This document shows positions 42,902 through 52,437 of a stretch of DNA of 55,722 bases, piece after piece (position 1 is the stretch's first letter; every line of letters starts with the position of its first letter). Source of the DNA: a virus (lineage: Duplodnaviria > Caudoviricetes); the IMG/VR virus record IMGVR_UViG_3300025065_000003, positions 1-55,722 of that record, one strand, 5' to 3'. A program made the position numbers and the translations under genes. The notes beneath the pieces were generated by a model, which saw nothing but the letters and a program-made list of their open reading frames with translations, had not been told where the DNA came from and ran no database searches.

Positions 42902-43648
42902 ATGGACGCTTACCAAATTCGCAAAGAAAACTTGCTGAAACTCATGCAGACACGCACAAAAGCGGCGTGTGCTGACAAATGGGATACATCAGCCTCTACG
43001 CTCAGCCAGATAACCTCGAAAAAGTCAGTGAGGAATTTGGGGGATACGCTCGCGCGCAAAATAGAACGCGCGGAAGGTTTGCCTGTTGGCTGGTTGGATA
43101 GGACGCACGCTGATTCCGATATCGATAGCCACAACGCAGGTGCGAGCTTTATCCATAAGCCTCGGGGGCCTAATGAACTAGAGCTTCACGACACGGAAAT
43201 ACTGGATGAGGACACTCCGCTTAGAGATGACGAGGTTGAACTTCCTTGCTTCCGAGAAGTGGAGTTTGCAGCTGGTGATGGCAGCACTCAGGTAATCGAG
43301 AACCATGGGCATACGATGCGCTTCCCGCTGTCAAAGCTTGCCAAGCGCGGTGTATCTCCAGAAAACGCGGCATGTGCCACCGCTACCGGCACCTCAATGG
43401 AACCAACGATTGCCGATGGCTCCCCTATCGCTATCGATAAAGGCACTCGCTATATCATCGATGGCAAAATTTATGCCCTTGATCACGGTGGCATGCTGCG
43501 TATCAAGCGTCTTTACAAAATGCCTTTAGGTCGCGTGCGTCTTGTTAGCGACAACTCAGATGAGTACCCGGAAGAAATGCACAGTCTTATGGGTCCCGAT
43601 GCTCCGAAGATCATCGGACGAGTGTTCTGGTGGGAAGTATTTGACTAG
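42902..43648 (+). CDS. cI: CI-like repressor (HTH plus S24 autopeptidase)
   Basis: ARKIERAEGLPVGWLD; GTSMEPTIADG; IKRL; IIGRVFW. Confidence 0.93.
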   Translation: MDAYQIRKENLLKLMQTRTKAACADKWDTSASTLSQITSKKSVRNLGDTLARKIERAEGLPVGWLDRTHADSDIDSHNAGASFIHKPRGPNELELHDTEILDEDTPLRDDEVELPCFREVEFAAGDGSTQVIENHGHTMRFPLSKLAKRGVSPENAACATATGTSMEPTIADGSPIAIDKGTRYIIDGKIYALDHGGMLRIKRLYKMPLGRVRLVSDNSDEYPEEMHSLMGPDAPKIIGRVFWWEVFD

Positions 43649-43697
43649 CATTAATATATTAAAACTAAGAACATGCATTATTTAAGGGAATAAAATC

Positions 43698-44675
43698 ATG
43701 ATCACCAAAGAAAGAAAAGCTTCTTTTTTTAGCCTTTCTTATCAATTAGTTCACACTTACAAACTAAAAAGCAAAGAAACTTACCCTAAGCCATCATCGG
43801 CCATTATAAGCCGAGCTTCTGATCTTTTAATAAAAGGAATCAGCAAAGGAGAATTTTATGAAACTAAAAATGAAAAATTTGTGATACTAGACTATGACAT
43901 CCAAAAAAAATACATTTTGATATTATTTAATTTCACTACAGACCGCTACTCAGACCCTACTTATTATAATGACAAAGCAGGAACTCGTAACAAAATTTCT
44001 AAAAAACAAGATGAAAAGATGGAGTTTTCATGCCATGTATTAATCAAAAGAGACGTAGTTAACGGCGACAGCGAGATGATCGTCGAAAAAGTAGCTGGAT
44101 TTAGTAAGCTACGCCTGACAAACTTAATTAACAAGGCATTTAGAAGTGCCAAAGTAAAAAACCCTTTAGATTTTGAGTACAATCATCCTGATGGCTCAAA
44201 AGATAGCACTGGAAAACCAAGAAAATGTAAATTTAAATTTATCGTACATGTAGATGGTGTTCCATCGCATCAAATGAAAAACGATATAGAAAATGGCAAA
44301 ATATCTGGCTTAGAATTAATTTCACGTCAAAAATTCAAAAACTGGGATCAAGCTGGATATTTCACTGAAAAGACCACTCATGTTAAAATGGAGTTTAATG
44401 CTCCTCAAGGCTCTAGAATGGGCAGCCTGAAGACTTTTCTTAAGTCATTAAAATCGACCCATCCCGATTTAGATCGGGCGAAATTGCGGTTCAAACCCCC
44501 AGGTCAAACTAAAGGCACTGAGTCAGCGGACTTTGACCTATCAGAGCAAGACCCTACCAACTGCGAATATTACAACAAAACAGCCTCTCTAAACTATAAT
44601 GCTGACAATACTTCATATAGCCAGATTGTCCCCACAATTGTTAATAGTATGAAGTATCATTTGAGGATACGCTGA
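43698..44675 (+). CDS. AT-rich soluble accessory protein (rexA position)
   Basis: 325 aa, Lys-rich, directly downstream of cI. Confidence 0.8.
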   Translation: MITKERKASFFSLSYQLVHTYKLKSKETYPKPSSAIISRASDLLIKGISKGEFYETKNEKFVILDYDIQKKYILILFNFTTDRYSDPTYYNDKAGTRNKISKKQDEKMEFSCHVLIKRDVVNGDSEMIVEKVAGFSKLRLTNLINKAFRSAKVKNPLDFEYNHPDGSKDSTGKPRKCKFKFIVHVDGVPSHQMKNDIENGKISGLELISRQKFKNWDQAGYFTEKTTHVKMEFNAPQGSRMGSLKTFLKSLKSTHPDLDRAKLRFKPPGQTKGTESADFDLSEQDPTNCEYYNKTASLNYNADNTSYSQIVPTIVNSMKYHLRIR

Positions 44676-45238
44676 TGCTATCACAAACTGTTCTGAGACC
44701 ATTTGCTTACTTACGTATTGAGCATCATTCTAAATGGCTGGTTGATTGGGCACTACCTTTTTCTTTAGCTACAATCGTTACTTTAATTAGTGGCCTTGGA
44801 GATCATTATACAGGAGATCTGCTGTCTTGGGGTTTTTTAAAGAACGATATATCAAATTTAGTTAGCATTTTACCTGGTTTTTATATCGCAGCTCTTTCCG
44901 CTATTGTTGTATTTAATAGAAATGACATAGACAAGCATATGCCGGACCCTACTCCGGTTATGAAAGACCCATTAGGTGGCATCATATCCCTCACAAGGAG
45001 AAGGTTTTTAGCATTAACGTTTTCATTTTTAACTGCAGAGTCTATTTTGCTTCTTGTATTAATAGGCCTTGGCCCATCATTAAATGCCATTTCTTTTAAC
45101 CTATTGAGTGAAGACCTATATTTTTTATCGAAGTACACATTCATCTATATTTTATTTTTAATTTTTTCCCAACTGGTAACAGTAACTTTCCTCTGTCTTT
45201 ATTATTTAGGTGAGCGGCTACATCAACCTGATCCATAA
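44675..45238 (+). CDS. AT-rich four-TM membrane protein (rexB position)
   Basis: Four hydrophobic segments; TGATG coupling to the upstream gene. Confidence 0.8.
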   Translation: MLSQTVLRPFAYLRIEHHSKWLVDWALPFSLATIVTLISGLGDHYTGDLLSWGFLKNDISNLVSILPGFYIAALSAIVVFNRNDIDKHMPDPTPVMKDPLGGIISLTRRRFLALTFSFLTAESILLLVLIGLGPSLNAISFNLLSEDLYFLSKYTFIYILFLIFSQLVTVTFLCLYYLGERLHQPDP

Positions 45239-45382
45239 ATGCTAGACCTTACCTCTAATATCTGATGCTAAATATTACATTAGCTTTTGATTCGATCACT
45301 CGAAATATTGGCTTTTTACTCTTCCTTAAACCGCTCTGATGTGGCTAACCTTAAATATCATAAATACTTTGAGGGAATACCG

Positions 45383-45676
45383 ATGGCTAAATTTCTAGCT
45401 ATTATCATTATGGCATTGTTCATAGCTTTGCCAGCTTCTGCAACAAAGCCTACCGCCGCCACGCCCCATCCCGAGCAGCATATACAAGCACTGCCCGATA
45501 CCCCACAGTTTGACGATGCAGCATGCGAACAGTCTCTTGGGAAATTTCCTGAAGAGCTAAATATTGCACAGGGAGGATGCTGCCGCGTATGCCGCAAAGG
45601 AAAAGCCTGCGGTAATTCCTGCATTAGCCGAAGCTACAACTGCACAAGGCCACGCGGTTGCGCATGTGACGGCTAA
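45383..45676 (+). CDS. Secreted Cys-rich small protein
   Basis: Signal peptide MAKFLAIIIMALFIALPASA; C-terminal CCRVCRKGKACGNSCISRSYNCTRPRGCACD. Confidence 0.75.
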   Translation: MAKFLAIIIMALFIALPASATKPTAATPHPEQHIQALPDTPQFDDAACEQSLGKFPEELNIAQGGCCRVCRKGKACGNSCISRSYNCTRPRGCACDG

Positions 45677-45699
45677 TAAGCAAAAAATTGAATATGAAT

Positions 45700-45724
45700 A
45701 ACCGCCCATCGAGGCGGTTTTTTT
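45700..45724 (+). terminator. Terminator ending the immunity transcript
   Basis: AACCGCC-catcga-GGCGGTT followed by a T run. Confidence 0.85.
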
Positions 45725-45742
45725 ATGCGCTAAATAAAAAAA

Positions 45743-45785
45743 TTAGCATTTTGCTATTGACGAATATTTAGCATCAAGCTAATTT
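45743..45785 (+). promoter_or_regulatory. pL promoter with OL operators
   Basis: TTGACG-17 nt-TAATTT; TTAGCATTTTGCTAT and TTAGCATCAAGCTAA match the OR consensus. Confidence 0.8.
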
Positions 45786-45830
45786 TATTAGCACGAACAC
45801 AGCGCAACATGTTCAGGCCCTCACAGGCCA

Positions 45831-45843
45831 CGCTCTTTAACAA
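45831..45843 (+). promoter_or_regulatory. boxA antitermination element (nutL-like)
   Basis: CGCTCTTTAACAA about 45 nt downstream of the pL -10. Confidence 0.8.
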
Positions 45844-46063
45844 CATGATGAGCCTAGCCAGCCGTAGCGGGTAACGCCGCGAGAGTTCGCTAGGAGTACG
45901 CCGCCCAGGGCTGTCGAAAATCTGGGACGAAATGGCCCATTCAAAGAGTGGGCATTCGGAAGCACGCTGAAGCTGTGTGAGCAGAAAAGAATATATCGGT
46001 GAAAGCCGAGAATCCGTGCGGATCGGACTCAGCGTGTTTCACGAATTACAAAGGAGATCGTTT

Positions 46064-46291
46064 ATGAGCAAAGAACTGAAAGAACTCTACCTCGCAGCCC
46101 AACAAAACCAAGAGGCTATACAGCAAAAAGAGATTGAGATTACCAAGCTTAGAAAACAACAGCGAGACCTTGAGCAGGCGCTAATGAATAAGGTGGCCGC
46201 CACCGCAGGCGATGACAGCCAACCTTTTACGAATGCCGCATTATTCGTATTCAGTGGGGTATTTGCCGTCTCGAATAGCAAGTTGTTCTAA
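46064..46291 (+). CDS. Small coiled-coil protein, first pL gene
   Basis: AAGGAG RBS; MSKELKELY... Confidence 0.6.
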   Translation: MSKELKELYLAAQQNQEAIQQKEIEITKLRKQQRDLEQALMNKVAATAGDDSQPFTNAALFVFSGVFAVSNSKLF

Positions 46292-46483
46292 CACTTGCAT
46301 ACGAGCGCTGAGGTTTGAGAGAAGGTTTGTTAGTGCCGAGCTGGCTCTTGTCACATCACTCATTCCTTCTGGACCAGCCTTGAAAGCCAAATCAGTCAAA
46401 CAATTCATTAATTCTTCGTGCTGTTCAGCAAAGTCTACATCTGTCAGAGCCGCAATCCTCGGCTGTTTTGGTGGTTGTTCCAT
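46241..46483 (-). CDS. Small protein antisense to the pL operon
   Basis: AGGAG RBS; 80 aa, helical. Confidence 0.6.
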   Translation of the reverse strand: MEQPPKQPRIAALTDVDFAEQHEELMNCLTDLAFKAGPEGMSDVTRASSALTNLLSNLSARMQVLEQLAIRDGKYPTEYE

Positions 46484-46670
46484 TTTTTAGCTCCTGGTGT
46501 GTGGAAACTTCAGGATAACTAAGACGCGGGAGCTGCGATAGTGCCACTGAATGCCTGCCGCCTGGGATGAGAATACAGGCGGCATCGGTATGCTGCTTGC
46601 CCTGTATCTGCCATGGGCTATGGGGAAGCGCCAGGCAGCATATCGATGCACCCGCATCAACTCCCTGCTT

Positions 46671-46692
46671 GCCCGCTCCCAGCGGGCTTTTT
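46671..46692 (+). terminator. tL1-like terminator
   Basis: GCCCGCT-ccc-AGCGGGC followed by TTTTT. Confidence 0.65.
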
Positions 46693-46801
46693 TAATGGCA
46701 TGGCAGCGCATCGTTGCCATGCCCGCGCTGCTTCCCTACACCGACTCACTGCACTGGCACTGCGAGAGACTCGAGGCAGCGCGCACTACACAGGAGGCTT
46801 T

Positions 46802-46954
46802 ATGGCAAATCTACCCACTAAGGCAATCAGTAAAGAAAAGCTACGGCGCCAAGCGGATGATGACGCCGCCATCCGCTACCGACGGCGCTTGGAGTTAGAT
46901 CAGCGCTTAGCTGATATGCGGCTTGAGAAATCGTTACGTGAGGTTTGGCGGTGA
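46802..46954 (+). CDS. Small Arg-rich protein
   Basis: CAGGAGG RBS; YRRRLELDQRLADMRLEKSLREVW. Confidence 0.65.
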   Translation: MANLPTKAISKEKLRRQADDDAAIRYRRRLELDQRLADMRLEKSLREVWR

Positions 46955-47029
46955 GAGCCGCGTCCACCCTTCGCTAGAAGCCGTAACGCAACACCATCCT
47001 TATTTCACTCATCTTCAAGGTGAAACGAC

Positions 47030-47230
47030 ATGAACGCCGCCCAGATTGAGCAACGCGCCCAGCGACGCGCCAAAGGCTATGCGGTTGGCCAACGGCCAAA
47101 GCTGGCCAGTCGCCCTTTCCAACCAGATTTGAGCAATCCCGCCGACCGCGCCAATGCGGCCCGCATGGAAGCGTATGCCAGTCGGCGTGCTGGTGCAGCC
47201 GCCCCACTCCTTCAGCTTTGGAGCGCCTAA
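47030..47230 (+). CDS. Hypothetical basic protein
   Basis: AAGGTG RBS; TAATG coupling to the next gene. Confidence 0.55.
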   Translation: MNAAQIEQRAQRRAKGYAVGQRPKLASRPFQPDLSNPADRANAARMEAYASRRAGAAAPLLQLWSA

Positions 47231-47526
47231 TGAGACGTGAAACGAAAATTCAGCTTCGCGCTGAAACCATCTCTGAGTCTATACACGACGGCGATCCCGA
47301 AGGCGTAGCTAAGTTTGCCGCTTACCTTGACGAAGTTGGTGATCTGACCAGCGCGATGGATGAGCTCACGCCCACTACCACCGTTGCAGAAATGGTCAAT
47401 GCCTATATCCAGCCGGTCTCTGGACAAAGCGTGCTGTACTCATGGGCAAAAGATGTAGCCGAGGACGAGCTGTTAGGCGAGGAAGAAGACCGCGCCGAAA
47501 TGGAAGCAAGCTGGAGGGCCGCATGA
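47230..47526 (+). CDS. Acidic hypothetical protein
   Basis: 98 aa; translationally coupled on both sides. Confidence 0.6.
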   Translation: MRRETKIQLRAETISESIHDGDPEGVAKFAAYLDEVGDLTSAMDELTPTTTVAEMVNAYIQPVSGQSVLYSWAKDVAEDELLGEEEDRAEMEASWRAA

Positions 47527-47768
47527 GCAAGTGGCGAATTACCGGCGCTGGCTTTTATAACCTTCACGGCGAAGCGGTATACACCGTCACGAATGGCTGT
47601 AAGCGCCTAGACCACCGCGACCATGACGAGTTAGGGAAGTTGCTCAACGATGCCGAGGCTATACGTGAATCCCTGCGCAATTTAGTAGGGCTTGCCAAGA
47701 TGGGAGCTGCCCCCTTAGCCACGTACAAAGCCGCTATCGAGCAAGCAAACCAACTGCTGAACAAATAA
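47523..47768 (+). CDS. Hypothetical protein
   Basis: GGAGG RBS; ATGA overlap. Confidence 0.6.
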   Translation: MSKWRITGAGFYNLHGEAVYTVTNGCKRLDHRDHDELGKLLNDAEAIRESLRNLVGLAKMGAAPLATYKAAIEQANQLLNK

Positions 47769-47841
47769 AAGCCCCTTTCGTGCGCGAACACGTTAGGGGC
47801 CATTGATCAATGTCGAGATAGATCACTGGGGAGTATAAACC

Positions 47842-48684
47842 ATGAACCCAACCAACGAGAAGCCGCGTTTACGCGTGCCTTCCGGACGCTATCGCGTTGT
47901 CGATAGCGCCGACCACTTAGAGCTATGGCGCGATGTAAATACGACGCCGACAACGGCTATCAAGAACAAAGATGTTAAAGGGCAAAAATTAACCGCTCTT
48001 GAACCTATGCATGTCATCGAACAGGCCACGAGAAAGTTTGGCCCGATAGGCATCGGTTGGGGCTATCGAATTGAAGTAGATCGCTTTGATCAAGGCGCGC
48101 CCGTTTACGACACCAAAAAAGAAAAGCTGCTAGGTCATGAGCTAACCCACACGATTCGTCTTGCACTTTGGTACAAGTGGAACGGCCAAGTAGGCGAAAT
48201 CACTCAGTATGGCCACACGCCCGCCGTTTATTACACGAGAGGCAACTACTGGGTAACAGACGAAGACCCGGCTAAAAAATCGGTTACCGATGCCATCAAG
48301 AAATGCTTAAGCCTTCTCGGGTTCTCCGCTGACGTCTATTACGGCAAGTTCGACAACAAGGACTACACCAAGACACAGCAAGCAGCTACCCGCATCGCAG
48401 TAGCTGAGAACCAAGACGCTGAGATAGACAAGCTTCGGCAGGATTATGCCGACTGGCTCAAGCGTGAATGCGACACCCTGCGCAACAAAATCCCACATCC
48501 CAAAAGCATCGAGCTTGCTTCAACGGGCATCCTCAATCGTTTGCCTGATAAAGCCAGCATTGCCCGTGTGGAAGCTGACAAAGGCAGAGACATGATCATC
48601 AAAGCACGCGATGAAGGTATCGCCCGCGTCTATGCCGAGCAAGAAAAAGCCAAACAGCAAAAAGAGGAAGCGACCCATGACTAA
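47842..48684 (+). CDS. Rad52/Sak-like single-strand annealing protein
   Basis: FGPIGIGWGY..KKSVTDAIKKCLSLLGFSADVY. Confidence 0.8.
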   Translation: MNPTNEKPRLRVPSGRYRVVDSADHLELWRDVNTTPTTAIKNKDVKGQKLTALEPMHVIEQATRKFGPIGIGWGYRIEVDRFDQGAPVYDTKKEKLLGHELTHTIRLALWYKWNGQVGEITQYGHTPAVYYTRGNYWVTDEDPAKKSVTDAIKKCLSLLGFSADVYYGKFDNKDYTKTQQAATRIAVAENQDAEIDKLRQDYADWLKRECDTLRNKIPHPKSIELASTGILNRLPDKASIARVEADKGRDMIIKARDEGIARVYAEQEKAKQQKEEATHD

Positions 48685-49627
48685 CGCAGCCCCCAACACC
48701 GACTACAAAGGCGAACTTGTTGAGCTTAATGCCGTAGAGCAGGCCCTTGCAGGGCTGCGTGAGAAGTACGGAACTGTGCCCAATGTGCAGACCAAAGAGG
48801 GTTATGAGCTCTGCAAAAAAGGGATCAAAGAGCTTACCGGCTATCGCACCAAGACAGAAGAACGTCGCAAAAAAATCACTAAGCCACACCGCGACTTTAT
48901 TGACCAAGTTAATAACTACGGCAAGCGGCTAACTGCTGATTTGAAAGAGATTGAGCAGCCGCTGAGAGACGCAAGGCAGCACGAGGACGAGCGCGCTGAG
49001 CGTGAAAAGCAACAGCGCATCGCCAAGCTGCGCGAACGCATCCAGGTCGAAATCCTCAGCTACCGAGATACAGCGGTAGGACTAGGCTCTACCGGCCTAG
49101 CAGAGTTGCATGATGCAGCCGTGAACATCGACACCGACGGCTATTTTGACGTGACCAAAGAGGCCGAGGACGCAAAAGCGGAAGTACTGCAGCACATCAG
49201 CGAAATGCACGGCCGCGCTCTTGAGAAAGAGCGCCTGGCTGCCGAGCAAGCCGAGGTAGAAGCAGAGCGTCGCCGCTTACGCGAAGAAAACGACAAGCGC
49301 GAGGCTGAACAGCGAGAACTTGAAGAGCTGCGCCGTTTCAAGGCAGAGCAGGAAGCCAAACGAAACCCACCTCCTCAACCTCAACCTGAACCAGCTCCCC
49401 TGCCCGCCGCTGCTGAGCATAAGCCGCTTAATACAAGCCGCCTCAGCGCTGCCGCTGATTCCTACTCTAAGCCAGCGCCCACCGCAGCCAAACCCGAAAC
49501 GGTCACCATCAGCCGCGGCGAGTATGACCAGTTGCTAGCCGACCAAGCCAAGCTGCGCGCACTAGAAGCCATGGGCGTCGATAACTGGTCCGGCTATTCC
49601 GCAGCGATGGATCAACTAGCCGCTTAA
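48677..49627 (+). CDS. Long coiled-coil early protein (DUF1351-like)
   Basis: RTKTEERRKKITKP..IEQPL; helical and charged. Confidence 0.65.
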   Translation: MTNAAPNTDYKGELVELNAVEQALAGLREKYGTVPNVQTKEGYELCKKGIKELTGYRTKTEERRKKITKPHRDFIDQVNNYGKRLTADLKEIEQPLRDARQHEDERAEREKQQRIAKLRERIQVEILSYRDTAVGLGSTGLAELHDAAVNIDTDGYFDVTKEAEDAKAEVLQHISEMHGRALEKERLAAEQAEVEAERRRLREENDKREAEQRELEELRRFKAEQEAKRNPPPQPQPEPAPLPAAAEHKPLNTSRLSAAADSYSKPAPTAAKPETVTISRGEYDQLLADQAKLRALEAMGVDNWSGYSAAMDQLAA

Positions 49628-49684
49628 CCAACTAATACTTCCTACCACAAGGGGCCTCAAGGCCCCTTTTCTTTGGAGCCTACT

Positions 49685-50278
49685 ATGAACCCTGTTCTCT
49701 TCTTCGATACTGAAACCACTGGCCTGCCTGACTGGAAATCTCCCAGCGAAAGCGAACACCAGCCACACTTGGTGCAGCTCGCCGCAATCCTTGCAGACAC
49801 CGACACGCGCAAGGAAATCGCCACACTGGATTTGATCATTGCACCGGATGGCTGGGAAATTCCGGTTGAGGTATCTGATATTCACGGCATCACACATGAG
49901 CATGCTGCCGCTGTCGGTGTAGATGAATCCCTCGCTCTCAACCTTTTCTTCCAACTTTGGGGCCGTTACCCACGGGTAGCCCACAACCGCACCTTTGATC
50001 AGCGCATCATTCGCATAGCCGCCAAACGCTATATGAGCGAAGGCGACGCAGAGGCTTGGGCCGATAAAGACGAGTTTGCCGACACTATGCTTCTGGCCAA
50101 GCCCATTATGCAGATGCTTCCCAAAGGCCGGTATGGCTACAAGTCGCCCAAGCTATCTGAAGCCTATGAGTTCTTCACCGATAAGCAATTGGAGAATGCT
50201 CACAGCGCTATGGCCGATACCCGCGCTTGCATGGAAGTTTACTGGCACCTGCTCGACCACGAAGCCAAGGCCGCATGA
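49685..50278 (+). CDS. DEDDh 3'-5' exonuclease (DnaQ-like)
   Basis: FFDTETTG, HGIT, VAHNRTFD, AHSAMAD. Confidence 0.93.
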   Translation: MNPVLFFDTETTGLPDWKSPSESEHQPHLVQLAAILADTDTRKEIATLDLIIAPDGWEIPVEVSDIHGITHEHAAAVGVDESLALNLFFQLWGRYPRVAHNRTFDQRIIRIAAKRYMSEGDAEAWADKDEFADTMLLAKPIMQMLPKGRYGYKSPKLSEAYEFFTDKQLENAHSAMADTRACMEVYWHLLDHEAKAA

Positions 50279-50523
50279 AGTCGATCACTAAAACAGTCAC
50301 TACCACCTACACGCCGGAGTGGATAAGGCAGGAATTCACGGTCTACGGGCCTGAATTTCGAAAGGCGCGTGAAAGACAACGAAAAAAGTATAACCGCTGC
50401 TTTGCCTGTAACACCCCTTTTCAAGATGGCGATGTTATGGCGCTTGGAGGGTTTGGCAAGCACGGCAATAAAGCACTTTGTCAGACGTGCGCCACCGATA
50501 TTGCCCAAGAAGAGGACTCCTAA
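50275..50523 (+). CDS. Small zinc-finger protein
   Basis: CFAC..LCQTC. Confidence 0.6.
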   Translation: MKSITKTVTTTYTPEWIRQEFTVYGPEFRKARERQRKKYNRCFACNTPFQDGDVMALGGFGKHGNKALCQTCATDIAQEEDS

Positions 50524-50769
50524 ATGAAGTTATCCAACACACCAACCACCTTTCATATCCATATTCCTGTGAGCGTGTTGCTCAGTTATGGCGATAAACG
50601 CTTGGGCGATATCGTCACACATCCTGAAGGCGTGGACGGAGCTCGCAAAGAGCTTCGACAAATGCTCGCAGAAGGTAACCAAGTGTTGGTCTGTGATAGC
50701 AGTTGCGACAACCGCAATCCAGATGGCTCATGTGCAGGTCACCCCGCCGCGAAACCGGAAGCCGCTTAA
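50524..50769 (+). CDS. Hypothetical protein with a C-terminal Cys/His motif
   Basis: CDN...GSCAGH; GAGGA RBS. Confidence 0.6.
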   Translation: MKLSNTPTTFHIHIPVSVLLSYGDKRLGDIVTHPEGVDGARKELRQMLAEGNQVLVCDSSCDNRNPDGSCAGHPAAKPEAA

Positions 50770-50829
50770 CTTATCCCATACCTTGGGGCCGCTGGCCCTA
50801 CTCACCACACCTCAATGAGGTAACTCGCA

Positions 50830-51207
50830 ATGGAACTTAACCCGCAGGCATTCACCATGATGCTGGCCAAGCTACGGCGCGGCCAAACACTCGAAGAGCT
50901 CTCCGAAGTGTTGGTAGAAGCACAGGATCGCTGCAAGGAGACCGGCAAGATGGCGGAGATTACCTTGAAGGTGAAGATCAAGCCGGAGAAAGGCATGCCG
51001 GGCATGTACATGATCACGGACGAAATCAAAAAGCGCCTGCCCGAGTTTGATCGCGGCGCAAGCGTCATGTTTGAAGACGCCAACATGCAGCTTCAGCTTG
51101 AAGACCCGCGTCAACAGAAGATGGATTTACGCGAGGTAGAGCTGCAAAAGCGAGAGGCCAAAAAGCTCGCTGAAGAAACCAAGCCCACCCAACTGAAGCA
51201 GGTATAA
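50830..51207 (+). CDS. Conserved phage protein (partner of DUF2303)
   Basis: KMAEITLKVKIKP..LEDPRQQKMDL. Confidence 0.7.
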   Translation: MELNPQAFTMMLAKLRRGQTLEELSEVLVEAQDRCKETGKMAEITLKVKIKPEKGMPGMYMITDEIKKRLPEFDRGASVMFEDANMQLQLEDPRQQKMDLREVELQKREAKKLAEETKPTQLKQV

Positions 51208-51209
51208 CC

Positions 51210-52007
51210 ATGGAACAGTCTTTCGTAGCAGATGCCTTAGCCGCCGGCACAAAACTAGCAGGCTTTAACCCCGAGCAAGATCAAGCCGTCATGGTGCCAG
51301 AAGGCTACCGCATTGAAGACCTTGAACAGTACCGTCTTACCCCGCGTAGGACAGCCCAAACGGTCACCATTCATAACGCCGCCGACTTCACCCGATACGT
51401 TAATCGCTTCAAGAACGAAGCAACGAGCGTATACGCCGACCTATCCCATACGCGCTTTACTGCAGTGATCGACCATCCTGACAAGGATACGCCCGCCTGG
51501 GGTGGCCATCGCGCTACTTACGCTTGCCCTCACTCACGCAGCTGGGAAACGTGGTCGAAAGCAGACGGCAAGAAAATGTCGCAACACGACTTCGCCAAGT
51601 TCATCGAAGACAACTTGCCGGACGTTCAAGAGCCCAACGGCAGCGACATTCTCATGGTTAGCCGGACGCTAGAAGCCAAAAAGAAAGTCGACTTCCAAAG
51701 CGGTGTGCGCCTGGATAACGGAGAGGTACAGATTACCTACAGTGAGGAAATTCAAGGCACAGCTGGCAAAGGCACGATTGAGATTCCCGAAGTGTTCAAG
51801 CTAGGCATTCCTGTATTCGAAGGCGGCGACCACTATGCGCTAGACGCGCGCCTGCGTTATCGCATCGGTGACGGGCAATTAGTGATGTGGTTCGACCTAC
51901 TGCGCCCTGAGCGACTGCTAGAAGATGCATTCGCGCAGACCATGGCCAGCATCAAAGAGACGTTAGGCGATGACGTAATGATCTTGCACGCCGACGCGCC
52001 GCGCTAA
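51210..52007 (+). CDS. DUF2303 (YfdQ-like) protein
   Basis: SQHDFAKFIEDN..IPVFEGG..ARLRYR. Confidence 0.85.
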   Translation: MEQSFVADALAAGTKLAGFNPEQDQAVMVPEGYRIEDLEQYRLTPRRTAQTVTIHNAADFTRYVNRFKNEATSVYADLSHTRFTAVIDHPDKDTPAWGGHRATYACPHSRSWETWSKADGKKMSQHDFAKFIEDNLPDVQEPNGSDILMVSRTLEAKKKVDFQSGVRLDNGEVQITYSEEIQGTAGKGTIEIPEVFKLGIPVFEGGDHYALDARLRYRIGDGQLVMWFDLLRPERLLEDAFAQTMASIKETLGDDVMILHADAPR

Positions 52008-52056
52008 GAGATCACCCACGACTAGGCCCCACGGGGCCTTTTTATTAGGAGGTCAT

Positions 52057-52437
52057 ATGGCTCAAAAATTACGCGACATTGCTGTTAAGACTGGTGAATA
52101 CCAGGATCGGCAATCAGGTCAAACGAAGGGCCGCTGGCAAAATGTCGGCGCTCTGATGAAGAACGACGACGGTAGCGAGTTCATTATCCTGCACCGTTGG
52201 TTTAACCCAGCAGGCCTGCCCAATCCTGAAAACCGCGATAGCGTGGTGATGTCATGTTTCAAGCCGAGCCGGCAGCAAAGTAATGGGCAGGCACCGGCTA
52301 ATAATGGTGGTTACCAACAACCACCCCAGAACCAGCGCCCACCACAGGGACAGCAACCGCAACAAGGGCAGCAGCTCCCCTACGGAGCGCCCAACCCTGC
52401 GCAATATGACGACTTCGACGACGAAATCCCCTTTTAA
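52057..52437 (+). CDS. Single-stranded DNA-binding-like protein
   Basis: Short OB-like core, Q/P linker, acidic tip DDFDDEIPF. Confidence 0.75.
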   Translation: MAQKLRDIAVKTGEYQDRQSGQTKGRWQNVGALMKNDDGSEFIILHRWFNPAGLPNPENRDSVVMSCFKPSRQQSNGQAPANNGGYQQPPQNQRPPQGQQPQQGQQLPYGAPNPAQYDDFDDEIPF

